From Raillietiella orientalis (Eukaryota), in assembly GCA_036172245.1 (NCBI GenBank), contig JAYWIR010000041.1:434001-498000 (forward strand): 64,000 nucleotides of DNA, written 5' to 3'. Positions 1-12,200 of this stretch are shown in pieces. The notes beneath the pieces were generated by a model, which made no database searches, was not told where the DNA came from, and saw only the letters and a program-made list of their open reading frames with translations. Both the position numbers and the translations under genes were made by a program. Each line of letters starts with the position of its first letter. Position 1 is the stretch's first letter.

Positions 1-1800
1 GAAACCCAATGAATACAAAATGAGCACTGCAGCCACACACTGCTCGTGCCTTTTAAGAAAACGCTCTTGAAAATTCACATTCGCTTCTCTTAAAAGATGG
101 CCTTAATGGGAAAGCCGCCTTCCCAGTTCACCTTTTCCTTCAGCCGAAGTTTCCGAAGTCTCAGGAAGAGTTATATATTTTTTTTTTTTCCTTTTTCACC
201 TGACTCGGGAAAAAAAAATACCATCGAGAGCAATTTTCTCGAAACTTGCCAAAGCTGCTACCTCTTTGTTCTTGGCTTTAAGCAAGGAGCAAGTCTTGCA
301 GCCCTGTCCGACAAGGAGCAAGAACGCGTGGAGCAGCGGAAGACGTGATGGACGCTGTGGCGCCCCGATCGGGAGGAGGCGTTCGAGCGCGGCGCCATGT
401 GCGAGCGAGCGTTTTCAGTGCGAAGAAAGAAAGTTTCGGAGAGAAAATTCAAATCGAATTTGCGTGACGACGCAGCCGTCCATCCTCCGCGGGCGCTCGA
501 ACGGCCTCTGCTCGTGTGAGGTCAGATGGAGATTGTTTGTTCTGGGGCTGTTCGGTTTCCCCCTGAGGATGGCTCTCATCACGATGATGGGCTGCACAGG
601 TGATTCTGGCGATACGCCGTTTCGATTTGCAGCAAGGGTTTGCTCAAGATCCTGGAACATCCGGAAGACGACTTTCCCTCCCTCTGACTCGCTGCTCTTT
701 CTTCGGCAGTGAGGCCGTGGAAGTTGGGGTTTTGCAAGCAGGGCAAGCCAAACTGGGAGCTTCGCCGTCTATCAGCAGAGAGAGACCCAAAGGAGGGAAA
801 ATGCGGGGCTTCCAGATGGAAAAGCCCGACGCGAGAAGCAAGCAAGAAGTTTCTGGAGAACGCAAGGGTGGCAAAAGAAAGAGGAAGGAAAGAGGGACTC
901 CCTTTAGAGAACCGCGATTGGACCGAACTAGGGAGAGAGAACACCTTGCATTCTGCAACAGCACTTACGCACTTATTTGTAGACTCTGCCAAGCTATGAA
1001 AATCATGAAGTTGATGGCAGTGCAGCCACGAGAGAACTCATTTATCTGAAATCGATTCTAAAGCCACGTCGAATCAACAAGTACCCAGTCCGATGGACCA
1101 ATAGCTCGAGAAGCCCAACGGGCAGATCTTCCGCGGAGGGAACGATAGTGAACTCCTCCCAGTGGGGAGTATCCGTCATCGGATGCAGGAGAAGTCAGAA
1201 GTTGCCAGAGAAATTTTGTCCAAAACAGTTTTGCCACCTAACAAAGAAAAAGAGGAAAAAGGCAGATGGAGACTTTTGATGCTGTGAGCCTCCACGAGAG
1301 ATGCGCCTCTCGCGGAAGGATCTTCCGTTGCACTCCCACAGTGGTTGAAGCCCACCTCGTCCGCAGGCTACATCGCACTTGGGCGATCCTTTCTCCAAGA
1401 AACCGTCGTCCTTTTAGTTGCATTGAGCCGCGATCCCATCCTTGCAGCTTTCAAATGGATGACGGAAATTCAGCCACGAGTTCTGGAGTGCAACTGGTGC
1501 AGTTGCTCACCTCATCAGCTTCCAACCGAGTCTTCACTGCTCCTTCCCTTCGAAGCTGGTGGCAGTCTTCCTGGTCTTCTGCTGCTCCGCCCCATCGCCA
1601 GTTTCATACCTACGAGTGCAGCTATCAACACTTCCCTTATACGGATATGCTAAATCTGATCACGGAGAAAATAGCGCTCGTTTTTCGCCAAAGCATTCCT
1701 CGTCCAATGAAATTTCCTGGACTGCCCGAGATGGCTTTTCTCTAAAGAAACGGCATCATCCCGCGCTAAGTCTTATTGCTCTTCTCGGACCTCGGGTCCC
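1..1800 (-). pseudogene. Decayed SAMD3-like accessory ORF of an EnSpm/CACTA-like DNA transposon
   Basis: Minus-strand fragments occur in the order I recall for this family, broken by stops and frameshifts: LKGRRFLGERIAQVRCSLR (~1400), GYLL (~1085), FLFLLPPLRSP...IWKPR (~880-800), PVQPIIV (~590), IFKSV/HEQCVAAVLILY (~80-10). Matched by eye only. Confidence 0.4.
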
Positions 1801-2049
1801 ACACTCTTCTGCTGGACTGAAAGAATGCTTACTTGCCGGAGTAGGGCAGACCCACTGCTCTCTCCTGCAGAGCCTTTCGCGCAGTTGTTTCACACCAGCT
1901 TGGGTGACAGTAGGGGGGCACAGGGAGTCCAGGGTACGGTAAAGGGAGCGATTCCTGGTTCTCTCCCGCCTCCCGTTCGACTGTCCTTGGCTTTCCTCGA
2001 CCCGCTCTCCAGTCGATTCCAGCGTGGGTTCTTTGAATGCATTTCAACT

Positions 2050-3350
2050 CGGAGCTGCTGCGAGAGCGCACGTTCGGCGTCTCCCCCATGATGCGTCGGT
2101 GATGGATGTTCTGTTTTCCCATCCATCTGAAACAAATAGCGAAGTGCCTTTCGATCCGTTAACTATTATTATTCGAATCATAAATTTTCGGCAGTACGTC
2201 CCGGGTCAGCTCCGATCGCTCTGCGACACCCACGCAGGCAGCTTTCTCGTGCGCCAGGAGGCGCGAGGCAGGCACTTCGTGCACGTTCATTCATTACCGT
2301 GTGCCAAAGTGGATCGTTCCGAGTGGATTTACATGACTGCAGGAATCCCTGGATTCAGGGATGATATGCTTCCGGAAAACAAACGACGCTCTCCTAAATG
2401 ATCTTTCAGTGTTGCATTCTGACTGACCCACTCCCCGTTCGAGACGTTTCTCGGGCGCGTGTGGAAACGTTTTCCAGCTCGGACGCAGGAAATAAAGGAT
2501 GCTTCGTTTCCAAAGTTACCAAAGGCGCACGACTCTATCCGTGCTCTGACAGGTACATACAGACTCCTTATTCGAAGTATTAAGAATCCTCGTACACGGA
2601 GATAGATCCGTTACATGCAAAGTGTACTTCTTGTATACGAGGACTCGTTGAATCCCGATGAAAGCAGTAGTGAATTTAGGGTGGTGGTGGTGGGGGGGAA
2701 CACACGTTTGTATGTGTTGGTTGTGTTTTTGTTACTTTTCAGTATTGTCACTGATGCACAAAAAACAAAAAAAAAAATTATGCACTGTATTTTACGAGAG
2801 CGATCTGCCCTTTTCTCTTTTGTTCTCTTTTGAATGCCGAGGAGAAACGAGAAAAAACTCGGGTGTATCCCCCCCCCCTCAAAACCAGAAAAAAAGAAAA
2901 AAATTGGTTCTGAGATTTTATTTTGATGCTTCCGTGTTCGAATAGCGATCTGAAATGGTGTTTCTGTGGCTGCCACGCCACTGTGGATTTACAGGCAGCT
3001 TGAGACGGTCTAAAACAACAAAGTGCAAATTCAGAATTGCTTTCTCTCGGAAAACATCTCCAGCCCAAGGTGTATTATACACTGAAAGCATTCCGTACAA
3101 TAACGGTCGCCCGATGTCATTGGATCGCATGAGACCCACGAATTCAAGTTGCAGCCTGCGTGCAAGAAATCCCCTTCGATCTTCCAAGTATGGCACCCTC
3201 GCAGTGTACGAAACAGAGCGGAAGACCACCCCCTTCTAGAATCTTCACTTTTCAAGGAGCTCAAGAAATCGCTGCGCGCGCACACCCCGACAGTGACGTG
3301 TGCCACGAGATGCACGGAATCACGTGCTGTCACCTATTCGTAAGACTCGA
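2050..3350 (-). pseudogene. Decayed EnSpm/CACTA-like transposase (C-terminal half)
   Basis: Colinear degenerate motifs on the minus strand: IGDS...HCRG (GDN...CRFC-like, ~3335-3280), FLHAGCNL/VGLMRS (FHVxxN..DxMHD-like, ~3160-3125), HGSIKIKSQ (~2930), YKRVFP (~2710), KFMIRIIIVNG (~2190). Multiple frameshifts. Confidence 0.42.
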
Positions 3351-3579
3351 ATTCGTAAAGGCGCCAAGGATGTCGCTGCTTTTCCGGAGGTGCGTCAAGA
3401 AGGCTCGCGTTTCGCGGGAGGTGGGAAAAATTCGGAAACCCCAGGGGGGTGGGGTGGGAGGGACGGGTAAGATGTTTCGCTGGCCACACCCTGCTCGGTT
3501 GGACACCTAGCCTGTGGGATTTCACGTGTGTGTTTGGCTCCGGTCGGGGGGCTCGCGTTTCGACTCGTCATTTCAAGAC

Positions 3580-3609
3580 GGTTATTTCCAGTAAGAACTG
3601 GAAATAACC
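3580..3609. other. Perfect 13-bp inverted repeat (hairpin)
   Basis: GGTTATTTCCAGT-AAGA-ACTGGAAATAACC read directly from the sequence. Confidence 0.95.
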
Positions 3610-5059
3610 CCATCGTGAAAATCACGGGGTGGGGTCGCCCTTCCCTAAAATCACGACGACGCAACACCGCGTGCGAGCGTGAGTCGCGTGACCGTGTGTG
3701 CACTACTGTCGACGTTTGTTTACGTGGTGTACCGACTGGTTAGCAAGGTACATCCCCAGCTGTGGCTGAATCGCAGACTTCTGCTTCGGGAATGCTGCCA
3801 AAAGATGCATCCGCCTGCTCGGCAAAGGGCGGCGAGTGCACGGCTCGTGGCTCTGGGGGCTCACGGAGCGCTCGCTCGGAGATGCAGGTGGTCGCGTTTC
3901 CGAGCGTTTCCGCGCGCCGTGGCAACCTCCTCCTCCATGTAGCAAAATCCATCGCGCCCTAGCGCACCGCGCGCTATCATCCTTCAGACGAGACAACACC
4001 GGCCGCCATTTCGTCTGGACGCGACCCTGCGGCGCTCTCCCCCCCCCCCCTCCGCCGCCGCGCGCCATGCATTGTTGAGCACTACGATTGTTGCCGGCGC
4101 TCTCGAGTGAGCTGTTTGAGGCAGCGGGAGTGTCACGCGCTATCCCGGCCGTACATCAGGGAATGAATGGTGGTGGTTCGAGCTGTGTTACGTGAGAATA
4201 GCAGCTCAATCACGCATTGTGAGTGCCTTTTGTGAAGGAGGGCAAAACCAAGGTCTCGAGGGCACGGCTATTGTTCGCCGGGCAGTCTTTTTCTGGTAGC
4301 AGTCAACACTCGGAGTGAAATGCTCGAGTCGAGTGGATGCTGCACCGCGTCCGAGTGCGTTCGTCTTTGACGTTGACACCTTACCCGTCCGACGCTCGGT
4401 GTTTGCGGGTTGCGCGGCTCCAGGAGGCGGTGTGCGTGCGCGTGGCGGACGGAAAAGCGCACACGACGAGAGGAGCGCCGCGTCGTGTGCACACGTGCTT
4501 CCCCCTGTTTTCTCCCCCTCCCCCTTCTCAGGATGTCTCTCCCTCAACCCGGATTCTCTTGAAGCCAGCGAGGCATCTTCGTCGAAGAGGCCGGCAGAAA
4601 GGGAGCGGAAGCAGCGAGGGAAGCACACGATCGCAGCTGGATCCGAACGAGCAAAGAAAGATAATAACAACAATAATAATAGCGCTGGCGCGCGGTCCAT
4701 GAGTGGGGATGCAGGATGAGCCTTTGGCTCTCCTGATTTGGTGAATCTGGTTGTCCCCACCGTCAGCAGTGCAAGTGAATTTTCCGTTTACCTTCTGCGC
4801 CTGCGCACAACTCGCTGCTTGCGCATCTCGGATCCCCCCTCGATACGGACTCCGTGGAAGCTGAGCGAGTCGGCAAGGACTACTTGATTTATAAGATCGT
4901 TATCTTCGCAGATCGTCGTTATTTTCACAGGACGGCGGTTTTGCGCTTTCCGGAGAGGATGACTGGGTGGATCTTTTCTAGGACACTTTTCTTCTCCCCC
5001 CCCCCCCCTTCCCGGTGCAGCAGCACGCGGCTTTTGTTAGCGTGCCGTTTGGCCTTGCG

Positions 5060-6720
5060 TAGCAGGGTGTGCGCGCGCGCGGCGCGATGACGCGTGGATC
5101 CGATCGCCGCCTTGCTTGCTTGCGCGCGCGCGTCAGCTGCGCCATCTCGTTTCGGATTCATGATCTGAAACCTTCGGGTCGGTTTTCCCGTCTCCTCCCT
5201 CCGCGGAGGTGCCACTAAATCATCTCGAGGACCGGGCGCGCGCTCTCAGGTGCTGTCGGGGAGATGTCCGGGGCCTGTGCCGCGGACACTTTCCGCGGGA
5301 AGCGTGCTGCGAGAGGACGGCGGATCGGAGCATCACGGCGCCACCGTTGGCCGGTGACAGACGAGAACGCAACCAACCTCGGCTCCTTGGTTACGTGCGC
5401 GCGCGTTTCACTCGCGGCGGCGGTCGGATCGCCTCTCCTTCGCTCTCTCTCGCAGTCGGCTTCACGATCTCGGACGTTTCTCCTCGCTTTCCCGGGGTGA
5501 TAACGAAATGATGGATGTCTCCTGCGGCTCTCCACGGCGTCACGAAACGCGAGTGGCCGTGGACGCATCCGCGCTCTCGTCGAAGGGGTCTGCGCGCACG
5601 AGCGCGGTACTCGAGCCAGGAGGGGCAGCCGAAACTTTGTTCCCGTCCCTAGGCGAGGTCGTATCGGCGGTGAGACCCCGAGGTGGATCCGGGCTGCGCT
5701 CCCCCTACCGGGGGGGAGTGGAGGTGGGGGTGGGGGGGCGAGGCACCTCCCTTCCGAGAAGGCGCGGTTACCAAGCTCTGCTCCTGTCCTCGAACCGTTC
5801 GCACTCTGTCGCTTGGTCTCGGAGGGTGAGCAGCATGCGGAGTGTTTCGCCCATCCGGGGTCTCGGGCCGGGGTCCAGGGCCGGCGGGGGGCGTCCCGGA
5901 GCTGGCAGGCTGGGCGTCGAGAAGACCCCTGGGCGGAGGCGGCTTGCGCGCCGGGGGAGCGCGCGCGCGCGCAACAGGAAAAAACACGGGGCAGATAAAT
6001 CATCCGCTGCCCGCCGTACTGCGCGCGCGCGGGAACCGGGCCCCCGGTAATTAATGACGCTCGGTCCGCTCCCTGACGTTTCGGAAATTACGGCGGGGGA
6101 CGGCGAAGACGCGGGTTGTAATTTGGTCCTCGGTCGTCGTGCTGGCTTCATCCCGCTGTCAGCAATCTTTCACCCGGACTCTCCCCTGCCGCCGCCGCTG
6201 CCGCCGCGAGTCGGGGTCAGGAGGAAGAGACCCCGCGAGCGCGATCGGGCCTTGCCCCCCTTTCCGGGGGCGGTGCGGCGCAGTCGTCACGGGAGCGAGC
6301 GGGGAGGCATCTCGGCCGCTCGGCGCGCGAACAGGACCGGGAGAGGGGGAGAGGGAGAACAAGGGAAGAGGAGGAAGGGGGAGAGAAGAAAAGCGGGGAG
6401 GAGGAGCGGGCCGGGGATGAGCGCATAGCGCGCGCGCGCGCGCGCGTCGGGGGAGGACGCGCTTCCGGTGACGGGACGACAGCGGCGGCGAGGGCGGGGT
6501 TTCGCGCTCGCGCGCATCGGAACGGAAGGGAGGGGAAGAGAGGAGGAGGAGGAGGAGGGGGTGGGTTGCGCGCGCGCCTCGGGCGCCGCCTCGCTCCCTA
6601 CCTGTCCACCCCTTCCCCTCGCGCGCGTCGGGAGGGATGCTCGGCCCCTGTCTCTCTTCCTACGCCTCCAGCGAGCCCCAGGGCGCGCGCCTTTCCCTCC
6701 GTCCGCGCGCGCGCAAGGGG
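5060..6720. other. Very GC-rich CpG-island-like region with repeated (GC)n tracts
   Basis: Alternating GC runs at ~5070-5081, 5122-5132, 5959-5972, 6021-6031 and 6428-6446 (19 nt), plus G-tracts at 5709-5737. Confidence 0.75.
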
Positions 6721-7949
6721 GGGCGCTCCCTGGCGGCTCCCGGAGAGAGGACAGCCGCACGCGCTCCGCGGGGGGAGAATCGGGCGCTCCCCCTTCACCC
6801 TTTCCCCACTCCCTCCCTCCTGCAGCGGCTGCCGCCGCCGCCGCAGGAGTTCCGTCGGACATTTCGAACGGGTCGGGTCGGGTCGGACTGACCTCGGCGC
6901 CGTTTGCGCCACCTCCGGAGATGTCCCTCCCTCCCTCCCTCCTTGCCCCTCTCTCGAGAGTGCCCCCTGGCGAAAAGGTCCGGGGACATCGGCGCGACCT
7001 TCGAGGGGGGCCCCTCTGCAGGGGTGGGGCGGCCGACAATGCGGGCCCTTAGGGAACCCGACGGGGGCGCAGCGGACGGCGACCGGTGGAAACGCCTCCG
7101 CCCCGTCCGTCCCCTTGGGCGCCTAGACGAGGAGGTGCCTCCTGCTGCTGCCTCCTCCTCCCCCCTTCCCTTGGACTCGAGGATTTGCCTTTGGCGCTCC
7201 GCGGGCCCGGAGCAGGGTCGACTACCCCCTGCTCCGGCAGAGGGGGGTCGTTCACGACCATCGCAGTGAAGTCGCGGGGCCTCAGCGGGACGAAAGTAGC
7301 GAGGTGGCACGCTGTGACGCGCGCCGCTCCGGGGGGAGAGGGTTTGCAGGAGTTCTGGACGAGGGAAGGCGGTGTTGGGCCGCCACGCCGGAGGGTCCTC
7401 TCGTCACCGGTTTTGACGACCCGGGCCCTGGCGCGGAAACACTGATCGCGGGTGCCTCCGCCCGCCACCGTGAATCCGCCAGCGGAGGAAAGAGGAAGTG
7501 CATCTGGGAGAAGCTGGACTGCTCCTCAGGGGTGTCAGCATTTACGTGGGGGACCGTCGTCTGCCTCAGGGATGCCGGTTCATGGGTTCAGGGAAAGCGG
7601 CGACCTCTAAGGAGCGGACGAAAGAAGGCGCGTCGGAGAGGGGATGGCATGCTCGCTGCCCCAGGGAGAGGGCAAGTGGGACCTCTGAACGGCCTCGGGC
7701 GGAGAGCAAAGAGGGGTGAGCACTGCTTCCGGCGCCAACAGGCCGCTCCACGCCAGGTGCTTCCTGTGGGACCTCCGCAGCGGGAAAGAGCATCCGCCCA
7801 CTCGACCCCAGGAGGGACCCTGTTGCGGAGCTGCGCGCGGGAGTTGGAAGGACGGCGGCCCCCTTCGAGGGGTTGGACCCTTGCCTTCGCTCCCTCCCGT
7901 CAGATCTGCCGCTGGTGCCCGCGGGACTTCTAGGGAGCTTACCGGTACG

Positions 7950-8650
7950 CGAGGGCGCGTCGCTTCCTGGCCTGCCGCTAATTTAGCTTCCAGCCATGCG
8001 CCCCCGATGGACGGCCCTGGTCCCACACGTTCCCCGGTAAGCTCTCCGACCCCTTCATCGTCCTGCAGCTCTTTTACGGACGCCCTCCTTCCATCGGGAA
8101 GCTCCCATCGGGCACCCAGGGAGTCTCCGGCAAAGCAGCGTGCGGGACTCCTTCTTTTCACCCTTTCTCCCTTCCCTCAGGACCAGGCAACTCTCGTCGA
8201 TGGGGGTCCTGATCGAGGGTCGCGGGGTGGGGTCTCTCTGCCTCCGGCCTTTCTTTCCCGGGCCCTGCGACTTGAGGGAGAACGGTGCTTGGGCACCCTT
8301 CGTGTCGAGACGCCACGACCGTCGAGGGAGCCACGCCACGTCGGTCACCTCCTGGCTCTCCGGGCTGCCCAGGCGCCGCCTTCTTGCGTGCGCCGCTTCC
8401 TGGAAAGCGCGCGCGCACCGCTCACTCGACCTGCGTCGCTGTTCGCCCGAGCATCGCGCAGCTCGGACTGCCCGCAGACGCTTCGCACGCGTGGGCGATC
8501 CTTCGGCGACCCAGAAAGTCCTTCCTGCTTGGTCAGCCGGCGGCGTACTCGCCGGTGGCGCGTTCGAGGAACCGCTACGCCCTGACGAGGGGATGATTTG
8601 CACCCGTCACGTTTCCATGGTTGCCAGGCGTTTGGAGTGCAGGATGGTCG
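7950..8650 (+). mobile_element. Decayed DIRS-like reverse transcriptase segment
   Basis: QLSSMGVLIE...FFP...RENGAWAPF (LxxGAIE..F.VPKxDGxWRP-like), LRVET (FRMET-like), CVRRFL, then a DD-containing site near 8595. Frameshifted. Confidence 0.4.
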
Positions 8651-9299
8651 CTCGGAACGGATGTTCAGCTGGGGGAGGAAGGAATTCCACGGGAAGCCAT
8701 AAAAGGAGGGAAAGGAGCGGGAGAATTCCGGGATACAGAGTAAAGCACGCACTTCTCAGCAGCTGCCCGCGCGCCCCTCTCGTTTCGAGGGCGCAGGCAT
8801 CTCCGGGTCACTCCCAGTGACCTCCTCCCCATTTCCTGTGTGGCCCTCACCACGAACCGGTCCACCCGCGAGACCCATCTTTGCTCCATCGAAACGGCGA
8901 GGCGCCTGAGACGCATCGAATTGTCTTCCTTCCGGGGGGAAGAGGAAGAGGAGGCGCGCAACGGCTGCTGGCTTGATGTCGGCTGCCGTGCCCACGCCGA
9001 CGCAGCCTCCTCGTCCTTCTTGTCCACACTTGTCTCCCGCGTCTCCCTCCCACCGCCGGACCTCGGAGACACCTCGAACCGAGCACCGCACTTGTCCTCA
9101 CCCTCCTGACCTCGCGACCTCATTCCCGCGCTGTCCCAAAGACCGAAGCCCCGCCACCTCGCCCCTGCAGGCAAGCGTCTTCATCCTCAGCGCCGTCACA
9201 CCCGGCTTCTTCCGCCGACGCCTGCGGTCCTCGCCAGAAGACTGCTGCGAAGGTGCGCTGGCCAAGATGACGGGCGAGGAAGCCACGGACGAAGCGCCC

Positions 9300-12200
9300 G
9301 CACGAAAAATCACCGGGTGCTGCCGATGGTGGGGAGGACGGGAGATTCTCACGATTCTCACGGTTGCGCGCAGCATCCCCGTCGCTCGTGTCTCTGCGGC
9401 GACGTCAGCGTAAGTGCCCGCGATGAAACCGCGCCACCAAAAAGGATGACTCATGGGATTTCTCCACGGCGGACGTGGTCTCGGGGACGCGCAAGGCCGT
9501 CGAAATGGCCACCGCTGCTTCAACGGGCGCGCTCGTCCCCTCTCGTGACGCTCGGCGTTTATGGGAAGGTCCACGGTCTGCTGCAAGCTGCCCCCGTGGA
9601 AGGGGGGCTTCCGGCTCTGCTATCCTCCGGCCAGGACAACACGTCCGCTCGCATCTCGAGCGTCGTTCCTTGGGGGCGAAGTCGCATCCTGAGACTTCCG
9701 AAACATTTCCACGGAGTGCCGCAATCGGCGGACGATCTCGCCCTTCCGTCGCTGACGGTTTGCAGCCCTTTTTTGGATGCCAAACTGGAGTTTCACACGT
9801 CCCTGTGATACCAGGATGCAAAGGACCATTGCTCGCCTCAGCTCAGCTCTTGGATGCACCTCCCATGCAACCGGCTCGAATGACAAGGAAATAGAAGACG
9901 AGAGAAGCCGCGGAATGCCTCGCCTGCGGTTTTGAGCCGGGGTTGCCTGTTACGGCCAGGGGAGTCCGGATGTCTACCTCTCGGGAGGACGAGGAACCAT
10001 CGATCTCACACGAGAGGGAAAGATGTGACCCACGGGTGCTCAGACGGTCTCTCAGACCCCGTCCCATAGAACGCGGGCAGGAAGCGGACCGCTTCCCCCG
10101 TCTTCAGGACTGAACGCTGAGCACCTGTGGTAGTCCCTTCCTCCAGCATAGACGGAGGGAGGGCCGGGAAGAAGGAGAGAAGGACACGAGGACGACAAGA
10201 AATCGACCCGTCGGCACGCTAAGGATTCGACGCGAAGGAGCATGGCCGTGGGGGGTTCTTTGCGGGAACGATTGAACCCAGAGGAAGATCATGTCTCTAG
10301 CCATCCGGTTTACGGGCCTCAGGTCAGCCTCTTTCTCGTGCTGGCAGCGTCTCCTCCCAGGGACTGCCGGCCCGACCTCCAGCGCATAGGAAGCGGAGTC
10401 AATGGGGCACGCGCGTCTTCAACAGATGCACCGGCATGCAGAACGTCGTTGCAGATTGAGAGGGACGCCCCTGGACGCTCGGAGTTAGCCTCTGCTGACG
10501 GGACCCGTTCCAGCAACCCCTTCCGGGGCCGGTCCTTCAAGGGGAAGAGGAGGGAACTAGCCATTAACACCGAAAGCCTCGACCGAGCAGCGGCGGGGTA
10601 AGACGGATCCGTCCTGCCCGCCCCCAAAGGGGCACCCTCCGCGGCGACAGCAACCATCGAAGGACGACTCTCGGGGCCTTGGGATGCAGCAGGGCTGGAG
10701 GGGATAGTCGAGGAGAGGAGCAAGCCCGTTCGGGAAAGAGATGGCGTGCTCTCGAGCAGGCAGCGCCCTCGAGAGTGTGGCGGAAACATTGGGTGGACCA
10801 CCCCCCACGCAAGGACGAATCCCGGAAGATCTTGGGAAGGGTTTCAGGGAAGAGGCAGTCGAACGCGTTTACGGCTTTTGTTTTTTTGACTTTGTGATTT
10901 CGCCTCAGCACCTCGCTTCAGTAGACCTGGGCACGTCACCTAGCGCCAACTTGGCGAGTCCGATGGAGAAGCTCCTCGGGCTCGCGATGAGGAAGCCAAA
11001 CCCAATCAGGATGGGAGGTGGGGGAAAGTCTGTGTGGGTGGAACGGGAATGCCGGATGCGATTCGTGTGATTCCTCGGGAGAAGAAGGCGGGGGATGAGG
11101 AGGAAACGGGGGTCAGATTTCTCGCCCTGCCCTTGCCACTCAGTCTGGTGGGGAACAGGGAGACCTCCAGAGGTATCTGGTGGTGACGAGGGAAAACCTC
11201 GGGTCGTCGGTTGCTCCTCCGCGACATGCCTGTGCGCTGACTCCATTCCTTCTGTTTCGAGGGAGCGCTCCGGGGTCAGTCGCCCCTCGTGCTTGAATGC
11301 CCACAAGGGCTCCGAGCTCCTAGGCGCCTCAGATCCCGGCAGCTGCAGCTCCTCCAGGTGCATATGTTGGTAGGGGGGGAGCCTCGTTTGAAAAGTCCTT
11401 TTCTCGACCTTCGTCCTCGATGCGCTTTAGCATCGAACGGAACCGTCCAGGATGACGGCACCTTGCAATGCCCAGAGGCAAGGGAAGCTTCTGATGCGCA
11501 TCGCCTCACAGCATTCTTGTGCCGTGCCTTGGAAGCTGGGAATCTGTTCTTAGGAGAATCCCAGCCTAGTGTAAGGGCACCAAGGAATTTGTTGAAGGAT
11601 GATGTTCCGATATTTCCTGCTGACCTCTCTTTCTCCTCCGGGCTCCCAACTGACCTGAGATCTAAAGAGGGAACCCATGGCTCTTACGGATCCAGAACGC
11701 GCCTTTACAGAGCCCTGGTCGGATCGGGTTCTGACAGTTTCCGCACGGGAGGAAGGAAGGCCACGCAGATTTCGGAGCAGCCACCTTCAGCACCCTCAGG
11801 CGCCCTACTGCCGAAAGGTGCCAGAATGACCACATCGCCCAAATGAGGAGCATTTCGCGTCCCTACCTGACCAGGAAACTTGACCGCGCGAAGAACGAGG
11901 TCTCACTCGGGAAAGGAAGAGAAAGGTTACCCGCGACTGCCCGCTGTTCACCGAAATTCCGGCGAGTGCATTGATGCACCTTACCAAGGAGGAAACGCTC
12001 TCGTGCTTTGAGGGGATGATGATGTTTCAGGGGTCAGCTGTCACCTTTGTCTTCACGAACTGACGTGGAACCTGGGAGGCAAAAATGGGGCCGCAGCGTT
12101 ACCATTGGACGTCCCTCTCTCTCGAGGCTCTTTCCCTTTACTCTTCCCGGTCAGCTCCCACCTCTCCTTCCCTGCGGAGTGGCAGGTCGATCCTGCTGCT

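Noticed and set aside
2955..3000. Plus-strand VFLWLPRHCGFTG resembling the RNase H WxPxHxG motif
   Set aside because: It has no upstream RNase H motifs and lacks the following NE..D. The opposite strand gives a longer colinear transposase-like series.
4500..4719. Possible terminal coding exon after a pyrimidine-rich acceptor (~4531) with a poly-Asn run
   Set aside because: It has no recognisable domain or partner exon, so support is too weak to call.
5000..7300. Resemblance to GC-rich rDNA spacers (ETS/ITS)
   Set aside because: I recognised no 18S, 5.8S or 28S core sequence anywhere in the window.
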